This document shows positions 23,930 through 36,500 of a stretch of DNA of 64,000 bases, piece by piece (position 1 is the stretch's first letter; every line of letters starts with the position of its first letter). The notes beneath the pieces were generated by a model that was not told the DNA's origin, ran no database searches, and was given only the letters and a program-made list of their open reading frames with translations. Source of the stretch: Eledone cirrhosa (taxonomy: Eukaryota). A program made the position numbers and the translations under genes. The stretch covers positions 1 through 64,000 of the forward strand of contig CAXHJY010000901.1 of the NCBI GenBank assembly GCA_964016885.1, read 5' to 3'.

Positions 23930-26900
23930 CTAAGCTATCCTAAGCTATCCTAAGCTAAGCTATCCTAAGCTAAGCTAAGCTAAGCTATCCTAAGCTAAGC
24001 TATCCTAAGCTAAGCTATCCTAAGCTATCCTAAGCTAAGCTATCCTAAGCTATCCTAAGCTAAGCTAAGCTAAGCTAAGCTATCCTAAGCTAAGCTAAGC
24101 TAAGCTATCCTAAGCTAAGCTAAGCTAAGCTATCCTAAGCTATCCTAAGCTAAGCTATCCTAAGCTAAGCTATCCTAAGCTATCCTAAGCTAAGCTATCC
24201 TAAGCTATCCTAAGCTAAGCTATCCTAAGCTAAGCTATCCTAAGCTAAGCTATCCTAAGCTATCCTAAGCTAAGCTATCCTAAGCTATCCTAAGCTAAGC
24301 TAAGCTAAGCTATCCTAAGCTAAGCTAAGCTAAGCTATCCTAAGCTAAGCTAAGCTAAGCTTTCCTAAGCTATCCTAAGCTAAGCTATCCTAAGCTAAGC
24401 TATCCTAAGCTATCCTAAGCTAAGCTATCCTAAGCTATCCTAAGCTAAGCTATCCTAAGCTATCCTAAGCTAAGCTACCCTAACCTAAGCTATCCTAAGC
24501 TATCCTAAGCTAAGCTATCCTAAGCTATCCTAAGCTAAGCTATCCTAAGCTATCCTAAGCTAAGCTAAGCTAAGCTATCCTAAGCTAAGCTAAGCTTTCC
24601 TAAGCTAAGCTAAGCTAAGCTATCCTAAGCTAAGCTAATCTATCCTAAGCTAAGCTAAGCTAAGCTATCCTAAGCTAAGCTAAGCTAAGCTAAGCTATCC
24701 TAAGCTAAGCTAAGCTATCCTAAGCTAAGCTAAGCTATCCTAAGCTAAGCTAAGCTAAGCTATCCTAAGCTAAGCTAAGCTAAGCTATCCTAAGCTAAGC
24801 TAAGCTATCCTAAGCTAAGCTAAGCTATCCTAAGCTAAGCTAAGCTAAGCTATCCTAAGCTAAGCTAAGCTAAGCTATCCTAAGCTAAGCTAAGCTAAGC
24901 TATCCTAAGCTATCCTAAGCTATCCTAAGCTAAGCTAAGCTAAGCTATCCTAAGCTAAGCTAAGCTAAGCTATCCTAAGCTAAGCTAAGCTAAGCTATCC
25001 TAAGCTAAGCTAAGCTATCCTAAGCTAAGCTAAGCTAAGCTATCCTAAGCTAAGCTAAGCTAAGCTATCCTAAGCTATCCTAAGCTAAGCTATCCTAAGC
25101 TAAGCTAAGCTAAGCTATCCTAAGCTAAGCTAAGCTAAGCTATCCTAAGCTAAGCTAAGCTAAGCTATCCTAAGCTAAGCTAAGCTAAGCTATCCTAAGC
25201 TAAGCTATCCTAAGCTATCCTAAGCTAAGCTAAGCTAAGCTAACCCAAGCTAAGCTATCCTAAGCTAAGCTATCCTAAGCTAAGCTATCCTAAGCTAAGC
25301 TAAGCTAAGCTATCCTAAGCTAAGCTAAGCTATCCTAAGCTAAGCTAAGCTAAGCTGTCCTAAGCTAAGCTAAGCTAAGCTATCCTAAGCTAAGCTAAGC
25401 TAAGCTATCCTAAGCTAAGCTAAGCTATCCTAAGCTAAGCTAAGCTAAGCTATCCTAAGCTAAGCTAAGCTAAGCTATCCTAAGCTAAGCTAAGCTAAGC
25501 TATCCTAAGCTATCCTAAGCTATCCTAAGCTAAGCTATCCTAAGCTAAGCTATCCTAAGCTATCCTAAGCTAAGCTAAGCTAAGCAATCCTAAGCTAAGC
25601 TAAGCTATCCTAAGCTAAGCTAAGCTAAGCTATCCTAAGCTAAGCTAAGCTAAGATATCCTAAGCTATCCTAAGCTAAGCTATCCTAAGCTAAGCTATCC
25701 TAAGCTATCCTAAGCTAAGCTATCCTAAGCTATCCTAAGCTAAGCTATCCTAAGCTAAGCTATCCTAAGCTATCCTAAGCTATCCTAAGCTAAGCTATCC
25801 TAAGCTAAGCTAAGCTAAGCTAAGCTAACCTAAGCTAAGCTATCCTAAGCTAAGCTAAGCTAAGCTATCCTAAGCTAAGCTAAGCTAAGCTATCCTAAGC
25901 TATCCTAAGCTAAGCTATCCTAAGCTAAGCTATCCTAAGCTAAGCTATCCTAAGCTATCCTAAGCTAAGCTATCCTAAGCTAAGCTCTCCTAAGGTAAGC
26001 TATCCTAAGCTATCCTAAGCTAAGCTATCCTAAGCTATCCTAAGCTAAGCTAAGCTAAGCTCTCCTAAGCTAAGCTAAGCTAAGCTATCCTAAGCTAAGC
26101 TAAGCTAAGCTAAGCTATCCTAAGCTAAGCTAAGCTAAGCTACCTAAGCTAAGCTAAGCTATCCTAAGCTAAGCTAAGCTATCCTAAGCTAAGCTAAGCT
26201 AAGCTCTCCTAAGCTAAGCTAAGCTAAGCTATCCTAAGCTAAGCTAAGCTTTCCTAAGCTAAGCTAAGCTAAGCTATCCTAAGCTAAGCTAATCTATCCT
26301 AAGCTAAGCTAAGCTAAGCTATCCTAAGCTAAGCTAAGCTAAGCTATCCTAAGCTAAGCTAAGCTAAGCTATCCTAAGCTAAGCTAAGCTAAGCTATCCT
26401 AAGCTAAGCTAAGCTATCCTAAGCTAAGCTAAGCTAAGCTATCCTAAGCTAAGCTAAGCTATCCTAAGCTAAGCTAAGCTAAGCTATCCTAAGCTATCCT
26501 AAGCTATCCTAAGCTAAGCTAAGCTAAGCTATCCTAAGCTAAGCTAAGCTAAGCTATCCTAAGCTAAGCTAAGCTAAGCTATCCTAAGCTAAGCTAAGCT
26601 ATCCTAAGCTAAGCTAAGCTAAGCTATCCTAAGCTAAGCTAAGCTAAGCAATCCTAAGCTATCCTAAGCTAAGCTATCCTAAGCTAAGCTAAGCTAAGCT
26701 ATCCTAAGCTAAGCTAAGCTAAGCTATCCTAAGCTAAGCTAAGCTAAGTTATCCTAAGCTAAGCTATCCTAAGCTATCCTAAGCTAAGCTAAGCTAAGCT
26801 AACCTAAGCTAAGCTATCCTAAGCTAAGCTATCCTAAGCTAAGCTATCCTAAGCTAAGCTAAGCTAAGCTATCCTAAGCTAAGCTAAGCTAAGCTATCCT

Positions 26901-27520
26901 AAGCTAAGCTAAGCTATCCTAAGCTAAGCTAAGCTAAGCTATCCTAAGCTAAGCTAAGCTAAGCTAAGCTATCCTAAGCTAAGCTAAGCTATCCTAAGCT
27001 AAGCTAAGCTAAGCTATCCTAAGCTAAGCTAAGCTAATCTATCCTAAGCTATCCTAAGCTAAGCTATCCTAACCTAAGATATCCTAAGCTATCCTAAGCT
27101 AAGCTATCCTAAGCTAAGCTAAGCTAAGCTATCCTAAGCTAAGCTATCCTAAGCTAAGCTATCCTAAGCTATCCTAAGCTAAGCTATCCTAAGCTATCCT
27201 AAGCTAAGCTATCCTAAGCTATCCTAAGCTAAGCTATCCTAAGCTATCCTAAGCTAAGCTAAGCTATCCTAAGCTAAGCTAAGCTAAGCTAAGCTATCCT
27301 AAGCTAAGCTAAGCTATCCTAAGCTAAGCTAAGCTAAGCTATCCTAAGCTATCCTAAGCTAAGCTACCTAAGCTAAGCTATCCTAAGCTATCCTAAGCTA
27401 AGCTATCCTAAGCTATCCTAAGCTAAGCTATCCTAAGCTAAGCTATCCTAAGCTAAGCTATCCTAAGCTATCCTAAGCTAAGCTATCCTAAGCTATCCTA
27501 AGCTAAGCTAAGCTAAGCTA
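23930..27520 (+). repeat. ~3.6 kb block copy of ~8250-11860 (also at ~33100-36700)
   Basis: CTAAC-CCAAG 9563/25245/34405; CTAC 10463/26140/35305; CTAAC-CTAAG-ATATC 11427/27079/36274. Offset ~15.65-15.68 kb. Confidence 0.88.
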
Positions 27521-30500
27521 TCCTAAGCTAAGCTAAGCTAAGCTAACCTAAGCTAAGCTATCCTAAGCTAAGCTATCCTAAGCTAAGCTATCCTAAGCTA
27601 AGCTAAGCTAAGCTATCCTAAGCTAAGCTAAGCTAAGCTATCCTAAGCTAAGCTAAGCTATCCTAAGCTAAGCTAAGCTAAGCTGTCCTAAGCTAAGCTA
27701 AGCTAAGCTATCCTAAGCTAAGCTAAGCTAAGCTATCCTAAGCTAAGCTAAGCTATCCTAAGCTAAGCTAAGGTAAGCTATCCTAAGCTAAGCTAAGCTA
27801 AGCTATCCTAAGCTAAGCTAAGCTAAGATATCCTAAGCTATCCTAAGCTATCCTAAGCTAAGCTATCCTAAGCTATCCTAAGCTAAGCTATCCTAAGCTA
27901 TCCTAAGCTAAGCTAAGCTAAGCTATCCTAAGCTAAGCTAAGCTAAGCTATCCTAAGCTAAGCTAATCTAAGCTATCCTAAGCTAAGCTAAGCTAAGCTA
28001 TCCTAAGCTATCCTAAGCTAAGCTATCCTAAGCTAAGCTATCCTAAGCTATCCTAAGCTAAGCTATCCTAAGCTATCCTAAGCTAAGCTATCCTAAGCTA
28101 AGCTATCCTAAGCTATCCTAAGCTAAGCTATCCTAAGCTATCCTAAGCTAAGCTATCCTAAGCTAAGCTAAGCTAAGCTAAGCTAACCTAAGCTAAGCTA
28201 TCCTAAGCTAAGCTAAGCTAAGCTATCCTAAGCTAAGCTAAGCTATCCTAAGCTATCCTAAGCTAAGCTATCCTAAGCTAAGCTATCCTAAGCTAAGCTA
28301 TCCTAAGCTATCCTAAGCTAAGCTATCCTAAGCTAAGCTCTCCTAAGGTAAGCTATCCTAAGCTATCCTAAGCTAAGCTATCCTAAGCTATCCTAAGCTA
28401 AGCTAAGCTAAGCTCTCCTAAGCTAAGCTAAGCTAAGCTATCCTAAGCTAAGCTAAGCTAAGCTAAGCTAAGCTATCCTAAGCTAAGCTAAGCTAAGCTA
28501 CCTAAGCTAAGCTAAGCTAAGCTATCCTAAGCTAAGCTAAGCTAAGCTATCCTAAGCTAAGCTAAGCTAAGCTCTCCTAAGCTAAGCTAAGCTAAGCTAT
28601 CCTAAGCTAAGCTAAGCTTTCCTAAGCTAAGCTAAGCTAAGCTATCCTAAGCTAAGCTAATCTATCCTAAGCTAAGCTAAGCTAAGCTATCCTAAGCTAA
28701 GCTAAGCTAAGCTATCCTAAGCTAAGCTAAGCTAAGCTATCCTAAGCTAAGCTAAGCTAAGCTATCCTAAGCTAAGCTAAGCTAAGCTATCCTAAGCTAA
28801 GCTAAGCTATCCTAAGCTAAGCTAAGCTAAGCTATCCTAAGCTAAGCTAAGCTATCCTAAGCTAAGCTAAGCTAAGCTATCCTAAGCTATCCTAAGCTAT
28901 CCTAAGCTAAGCTAAGCTAAGCTATCCTAAGCTAAGCTAAGCTAAGCTATCCTAAGCTAAGCTAAGCTAAGCTATCCTAAGCTAAGCTAAGCTATCCTAA
29001 GCTAAGCTAAGCTAAGCAATCCTAAGCTATCCTAAGCTAAGCTATCCTAAGCTAAGTTAAGCTAAGCTATCCTAAGCTAAGCTAAGCTAAGCTATCCTAA
29101 GCTAAGCTATCCTAAGCTATCCTAAGCTAAGCTAAGCTAAGCTAACCTAAGCTAAGCTATCCTAAGCTAAGCTATCCTAAGCTAAGCTATCCTAAGCTAA
29201 GCTAAGCTAAGCTATCCTAAGCTAAGCTAAGCTAAGCTATCCTAAGCTAAGCTAAGCTAAGCTATCCTAAGCTAAGCTAAGCTATCCTAAGCTAAGCTAA
29301 GCTAAGCTATCCTAAGCTAAGCTAAGCTAAGCTATCCTAAGCTAAGCTAAGCTATCCTAAGCTAAGCTAAGCTAAGCTCTCCTAAGCTAAGCTAAGCTAA
29401 GCTATCCTAAGCTATCCTAAGCTAAGCTATCCTAAGCTAAGCTATCCTAAGCTATCCTAAGCTAAGCTATCCTAAGCTAAGCTAAGCTAAGCTATCCTAA
29501 GCTAAGCTAAGCTATCCTAAGCTAAGCTAAGCTAAGCTATCCTAAGCTAAGCTAAGCTAAGCTATCCTAAGCTAAGCTAAGCTAAGCTATCCTAAGCTAA
29601 GCTAAGCTATCCTAAGCTAAGCTAAGCTAAGCTATCCTAAGCTAAGCTAAGCTAAGCTATCCTAAGCTAAGCTAAGCTAAGCTATCCTAAGCTATCCTAA
29701 GCTATCCTAAGCTAAGCTAAGCTAAGCTATCCTAAGCTAAGCTAAGCTAAGCTATCCTAAGCTAAGCTAAGCTAAGCTATCCTAAGCTAAGCTAAGCTAT
29801 CCTAAGCTAAGCTAAGCTAAGCTATCCTAAGCTAAGCTAAGCTAAGCTATCCTAAGCTATCCTAAGCTAAGCTATCCTAAGCTAAGCTAAGCTAAGCTAT
29901 CCTAAGCTAAGCTAAGCTAAGCTATCCTAAGCTAAGCTAAGCTAAGCTATCCTAAACTAAGCTAAGCTAAGCTATCCTAAGCTAAGCTATCCTAAGCTAT
30001 TCTAAGCTAAGCTAAGCTAAGCTAACCTAAGTTAAGCTATCCTAAGCTAAGCTATCCTAAGCTAAGCTATCCTAAGCTAAGCTAAGCTAAGCTATCCTAA
30101 GCTAAGCTAAGCTAAGCTATCCTAAGCTAAGCTAAGCTATCCTAAGCTAAGCTAAGCTAAGCTGTCCTAAGCTAAGCTAAGCTAAGCTATCCTAAGCTAA
30201 GCTAAGCTAAGCTATCCTAAGCTAAGCTAAGCTATCCTAAGCTAAGCTAAGCTAAGCTATCCTAAGCTAAGCTAAGCTAAGCTATCCTAAGCTAAGCTAA
30301 GCTAAGCTATCCTAAGCCAAGCTAAGCTATCCTAAGCTAAGCTAAGCTAAGCTGTCCTAAGCTAAGCTATCCTAAGCTATCCTAAGCTATCCTAAGCTAA
30401 GCTATCCTAAGCTATCCTAAGCTAAGCTATCCTAAGCTATCCTAAGCTAAGCTAAGCTAAGCTATCCTAAGCTAAGCTAAGCTAAGCTAAGCTAAGCTAT

Positions 30501-33500
30501 CCTAAGCTAAGCTAAGCTAAGCTATCCTAAGCTATCCTAAGCTAAGCTATCCTAAGCTAAGCTATCCTAAGCTATCCTAAGCTAAGCTATCCTAAGCTAT
30601 CCTAAGCTAAGCTATCCTAAGCTAAGCTATCCTAAGCTATCCTAAGCTAAGCTATCCTAAGCTATCCTAAGCTAAGCTATCCTAAGCTAAGCTAAGCTAA
30701 GCTAAGCTAACCTAAGCTAAGCTATCCTAAGCTAAGCTAAGCTAAGCTATCCTAAGCTAAGCTAAGCTAAGCTATCCTAAGCTATCCTAAGCTAAGCTAT
30801 CCTAAGCTAAGCTATCCTAAGCTAAGCTATCCTAAGCTATCCTAAGCTAAGCTATCCTAAGCTAAGCTCTCCTAAGGTAAGCTATCCTAAGCTATCCTAA
30901 GCTAAGCTATCCTAAGCTATCCTAAGCTAAGCTAAGCTAAGCTATCCTAAGCTAAGCTAAGCTAAGCTAAGCTATCCTAAGCTAAGCTAAGCTAAGCTAC
31001 CTAAGCTAAGCTAAGCTAAGCTATCCTAAGCTAAGCTAAGCTATCCTAAGCTAAGCTAAGCTAAGCTATCCTAAGCTAAGCTAAGCTAAGCTATCCTAAG
31101 CTAAGCTAAGCTATCCTAAGCTAAGCTAAGCTAAGCTGTCCTAAGCTAAGCTAAGCTAAGCTATCCTAAGCTAAGCTAAGCTAAGCTATCCTAAGCTAAG
31201 CTAAGCTATCCTAAGCTAAGCTAAGCTAAGCTATCCTAAGCTAAGCTAAGCTAAGCTATCCTAAGCTAAGCTAAGCTAAGCTATCCTAAGCCAAGCTAAG
31301 CTATCCTAAGCTAAGCTAAGCTAAGCTGTCCTAAGCTAAGCTATCCTAAGCTATCCTAAGCTATCCTAAGCTAAGCTATCCTAAGCTATCCTAAGCTAAG
31401 CTATCCTAAGCTATCCTAAGCTAAGCTAAGCTAAGCTATCCTAAGCTAAGCTAAGCTAAGCTAAGCTAAGCTATCCTAAGCTAAGCTAAGCTAAGCTATC
31501 CTAAGCTATCCTAAGCTAAGCTATCCTAAGCTAAGCTATCCTAAGCTATCCTAAGCTAAGCTATCCTAAGCTATCCTAAGCTAAGCTATCCTAAGCTAAG
31601 CTATCCTAAGCTATCCTAAGCTAAGCTATCCTAAGCTATCCTAAGCTAAGCTATCCTAAGCTAAGCTAAGCTAAGCTAAGCTAACCTAAGCTAAGCTATC
31701 CTAAGCTAAGCTAAGCTAAGCTATCCTAAGCTAAGCTAAGCTAAGCTATCCTAAGCTATCCTAAGCTAAGCTATCCTAAGCTAAGCTATCCTAAGCTAAG
31801 CTATCCTAAGCTATCCTAAGCTAAGCTATCCTAAGCTAAGCTCTCCTAAGGTAAGCTATCCTAAGCTATCCTAAGCTAAGCTATCCTAAGCTATCCTAAG
31901 CTAAGCTAAGCTAAGCTATCCTAAGCTAAGCTAAGCTAAGCTAAGCTATCCTAAGCTAAGCTAAGCTAAGCTACCTAAGCTAAGCTAAGCTAAGCTATCC
32001 TAAGCTAAGCTAAGCTAAGCTATCCTAAGCTAAGCTAAGCTAAGCTCTCCTAAGCTAAGCTAAACTAAGCTATCCTAAGCTAAGCTAAGCTTTCCTAAGC
32101 TAAGCTAAGCTAAGCTATCCTAAGCTAAGCTAATCTATCCTAAGCTAAGCTAAGCTAAGCTATCCTAAGCTAAGCTAAGCTAAGCTATCCTAAGCTAAGC
32201 TAAGCTAAGCTATCCTAAGCTAAGCTAAGCTAAGCTATCCTAAGCTAAGCTAAGCTATCCTAAGCTAAGCTAAGCTAAGCTATCCTAAGCTAAGCTAAGC
32301 TATCCTAAGCTAAGCTAAGCTAAGCTATCCTAAGCTATCCTAAGCTATCCTAAGCTAAGCTAAGCTAAGCTATCCTAAGCTAAGCTAAGCTAAGCTATCC
32401 TAAGCTAAGCTAAGCTAAGCTATCCTAAGCTAAGCTAAGCTATCCTAAGCTAAGCTAAGCTAAGCTATCCTAAGCTAAGCTAAGCTATCCTAAGCTAAGC
32501 TAAGCTAAGCAATCCTAAGCTCTCCTAAGCTAAGCTATCCTAAGCTAAGCTAAGCTAAGCTATCCTAAGCTAAGCTAAGCTAAGCTATCCTAAGCTAAGC
32601 TATCCTAAGCTATCCTAAGCTAAGCTAAGCTAAGCTAACCTAAGCTAAGCTATCCTAAGCTAAGCTATCCTAAGCTAAGCTATCCTAAGCTAAGCTAAGC
32701 TAAGCTATCCTAAGCTAAGCTAAGCTAAGCTATCCTAAGCTAAGCTAAGCTAAGCTATCCTAAGCTAAGCTAAGCTATCCTAAGCTAAGCTAAGCTAAGC
32801 TATCCTAAGCTAAGCTAAGCTAAGCTATCCTAAGCTAAGCTAAGCTAAGCTAACCTAAGCTAAGCTATCCTAAGCTAAGCTATCCTAAGCTAAGCTATCC
32901 TAAGCTAAGCTAAGCTAAGCTATCCTAAGCTAAGCTAAGCTATCCTAAGCTAAGCTAAGCTAAGCTATCCTAAGCTAAGCTAAGCTATCCTAAGCTAAGC
33001 TAAGCTAAGCTATCCTAAGCTAAGCTAAGCTGAGCTATCCTAAGCTATCCTAAGCTAAGCTATCCTAAGCTAAGCTATCCTAAGCTATCCTAAGCTAAGC
33101 TATCCTAAGCTAAGCTAAGCTAAGCTATCCTAAGCTAAGCTATCCTAAGCTAAGCTATCCTAAGCTATCCTAAGCTAAGCTATCCTAAGCTATCCTAAGC
33201 TAAGCTAAGCTAAGCTAAGCTAAGCTAAGCTATCCTAAGCTAAGCTAAGCTAAGCTATCCTAAGCTAAGCTAAGCTAAGCTATCCTAAGCTATCCTAAGC
33301 TAAGCTATCCTAAGCTAAGCTATCCTAAGCTATCCTAAGCTAAGCTATCCTAAGCTATCCTAAGCTAAGCTATCCTAAGCTAAGCTATCCTAAGCTAAGC
33401 TATCCTAAGCTATCCTAAGCTAAGCTATCCTAAGCTATCCTAAGCTAAGCTAAGCTAAGCTATCCTAAGCTAAGCTAAGCTAAGCTATCCTAAGCTAAGC

Positions 33501-36500
33501 TAAGCTAAGCTTTCCTAAGCTATCCTAAGCTAAGCTATCCTAAGCTATCCTAAGCTAAGCTATCCTAAGCTATCCTAAGCTAAGCTATCCTAAGCTATCC
33601 TAAGCTAAGCTATCCTAACCTAAGCTATCCTAAGCTATCCTAAGCTAAGCTATCCTAAGCTATCCTAAGCTAAGCTATCCTAAGCTATCCTAAGCTAAGC
33701 TAAGCTAAGCTATCCTAAGCTAAGCTAAGCTTTCCTAAGCTAAGCTAAGCTAAGCTATCCTAAGCTAAGCTAATCTATCCTAAGCTAAGCTAAGCTAAGC
33801 TATCCTAAGCTAAGCTAAGCTAAGCTATCCTAAGCTAAGCTAAGCTAAGCTATCCTAAGCTAAGCTAAGCTATCCTAAGCTAAGCTAAGCTAAGCTATCC
33901 TAAGCTAAGCTAAGCTAAGCTATCCTAAGCTAAGCTAAGCTAAGCTATCCTAAGCTAAGCTAAGCTATCCTAAGCTAAGCTAAGCTATCCTAAGCTAAGC
34001 TAAGCTAAGCTATCCTAAGCTAAGCTAAGCTAAGCTATCCTAAGCTAAGCTAAGCTAAGCTATCCTAAGCTATCCTAAGCTATCCTAAGCTAAGCTAAGC
34101 TAAGCTATCCTAAGCTAAGCTAAGCTAAGCTATCCTAAGCTAAGCTAAGCTAAGCTATCCTAAGCTAAGCTAAGCTATCCTAAGCTAAGCTAAGCTAAGC
34201 TATCCTAAGCTAAGCTAAGCTAAGCTATCCTAAGCTATCCTAAGCTAAGCTATCCTAAGCTAAGCTAAGCTAAGCTATCCTAAGCTAAGCTAAGCTAAGC
34301 TATCCTAAGCTAAGCTAAGCTAAGCTATCCTAAGCTAAGCTAAGCTAAGCTATCCTAAGCTAAGCTATCCTAAGCTATCCTAAGCTAAGCTAAGCTAAGC
34401 TAACCCAAGCTAAGCTATCCTAAGCTAAGCTATCCTAAGCTAAGCTATCCTAAGCTAAGCTAAGCTAAGCTATCCTAAGCTAAGCTAAGCTATCCTAAGC
34501 TAAGCTAAGCTAAGCTGTCCTAAGCTAAGCTAAGCTAAGCTATCCTAAGCTAAGCTAAGCTAAGCTATCCTAAGCTAAGCTAAGCTATCCTAAGCTAAGC
34601 TAAGCTAAGCTATCCTAAGCTAAGCTAAGCTAAGCTATCCTAAGCTAAGCTAAGCTAAGCTATCCTAAGCTATCCTAAGCTATCCTAAGCTAAGCTATCC
34701 TAAGCTAAGCTATCCTAAGCTATCCTAAGCTAAGCTAAGCTAAGCAATCCTAAGCTAAGCTAAGCTAAGCTATCCTAAGCTAAGCTAAGCTAAGCTATCC
34801 TAAGCTAAGCTAAGCTAAGCTATCCTAAGCTATCCTAAGCTAAGCTATCCTAAGCTAAGCTATCCTAAGCTATCCTAAGCTAAGCTATCCTAAGCTATCC
34901 TAAGCTAAGCTATCCTAAGCTAAGCTATCCTAAGCTATCCTAAGCTATCCTAAGCTAAGCTATCCTAAGCTAAGCTAAGCTAAGCTAAGCTAACCTAAGC
35001 TAAGCTATCCTAAGCTAAGCTAAGCTAAGCTATCCTAAGCTAAGCTAAGCTAAGCTATCCTAAGCTATCCTAAGCTAAGCTATCCTAAGCTAAGCTATCC
35101 TAAGCTAAGCTATCCTAAGCTATCCTAAGCTAAGCTATCCTAAGCTAAGCTCTCCTAAGGTAAGCTATCCTAAGCTATCCTAAGCTAAGCTATCCTAAGC
35201 TATCCTAAGCTAAGCTAAGCTAAGCTCTCCTAAGCTAAGCTAAGCTAAGCTATCCTAAGCTAAGCTAAGCTAAGCTAAGCTATCCTAAGCTAAGCTAAGC
35301 TAAGCTACCTAAGCTAAGCTAAGCTATCCTAAGCTAAGCTAAGCTAAGCTATCCTAAGCTAAGCTAAGCTAAGCTCTCCTAAGCTAAGCTAAGCTAAGCT
35401 ATCCTAAGCTAAGCTAAGCTTTCCTAAGCTAAGCTAAGCTAAGCTATCCTAAGCTAAGCTAATCTATCCTAAGCTAAGCTAAGCTAAGCTATCCTAAGCT
35501 AAGCTAAGCTAAGCTATCCTAAGCTAAGCTAAGCTAAGCTATCCTAAGCTAAGCTAAGCTAAGCTATCCTAAGCTAAGCTAAGCTAAGCTATCCTAAGCT
35601 AAGCTAAGCTATCCTAAGCTAAGCTAAGCTAAGCTATCCTATGCTAAGCTAAGCTATCCTAAGCTAAGCTAAGCTAAGCTATCCTAAGCTATCCTAAGCT
35701 ATCCTAAGCTAAGCTAAGCTAAGCTATCCTAAGCTAAGCTAAGCTAAGCTATCCTAAGCTAAGCTAAGCTAAGCTATCCTAAGCTAAGCTAAGCTATCCT
35801 AAGCTAAGCTAAGCTAAGCTATCCTAAGCTAAGCTAAGCTAAGCAATCCTAAGCTATCCTAAGCTAAGCTATCCTAAGCTAAGCTAAGCTAAGCTATCCT
35901 AAGCTAAGCTAAGCTAAGCTATCCTAAGCTAAGCTAAGCTAAGTTATCCTAAGCTAAGCTATCCTAAGCTATCCTAAGCTAAGCTAAGCTAAGCTAACCT
36001 AAGCTAAGCTATCCTAAGCTAAGCTATCCTAAGCTAAGCTATCCTAAGCTAAGCTAAGCTAAGCTATCCTAAGCTAAGCTAAGCTAAGCTATCCTAAGCT
36101 AAGCTAAGCTATCCTAAGCTAAGCTAAGCTAAGCTATCCTAAGCTAAGCTAAGCTAAGCTATCCTAAGCTAAGCTAAGCTAAGCTAAGCTAAGCTAAGCT
36201 ATCCTAAGCTAAGCTAAGCTAATCTATCCTAAGCTATCCTAAGCTATCCTAAGCTAAGCTATCCTAACCTAAGATATCCTAAGCTATCCTAAGCTAAGCT
36301 ATCCTAAGCTAAGCTAAGCTAAGCTATCCTAAGCTAAGCTATCCTAAGCTAAGCTATCCTAAGCTATCCTAAGCTAAGCTATCCTAAGCTATCCTAAGCT
36401 AAGCTATCCTAAGCTATCCTAAGCTAAGCTATCCTAAGCTATCCTAAGCTAAGCTAAGCTATCCTAAGCTAAGCTAAGCTAAGCTAAGCTATCCTAAGCT

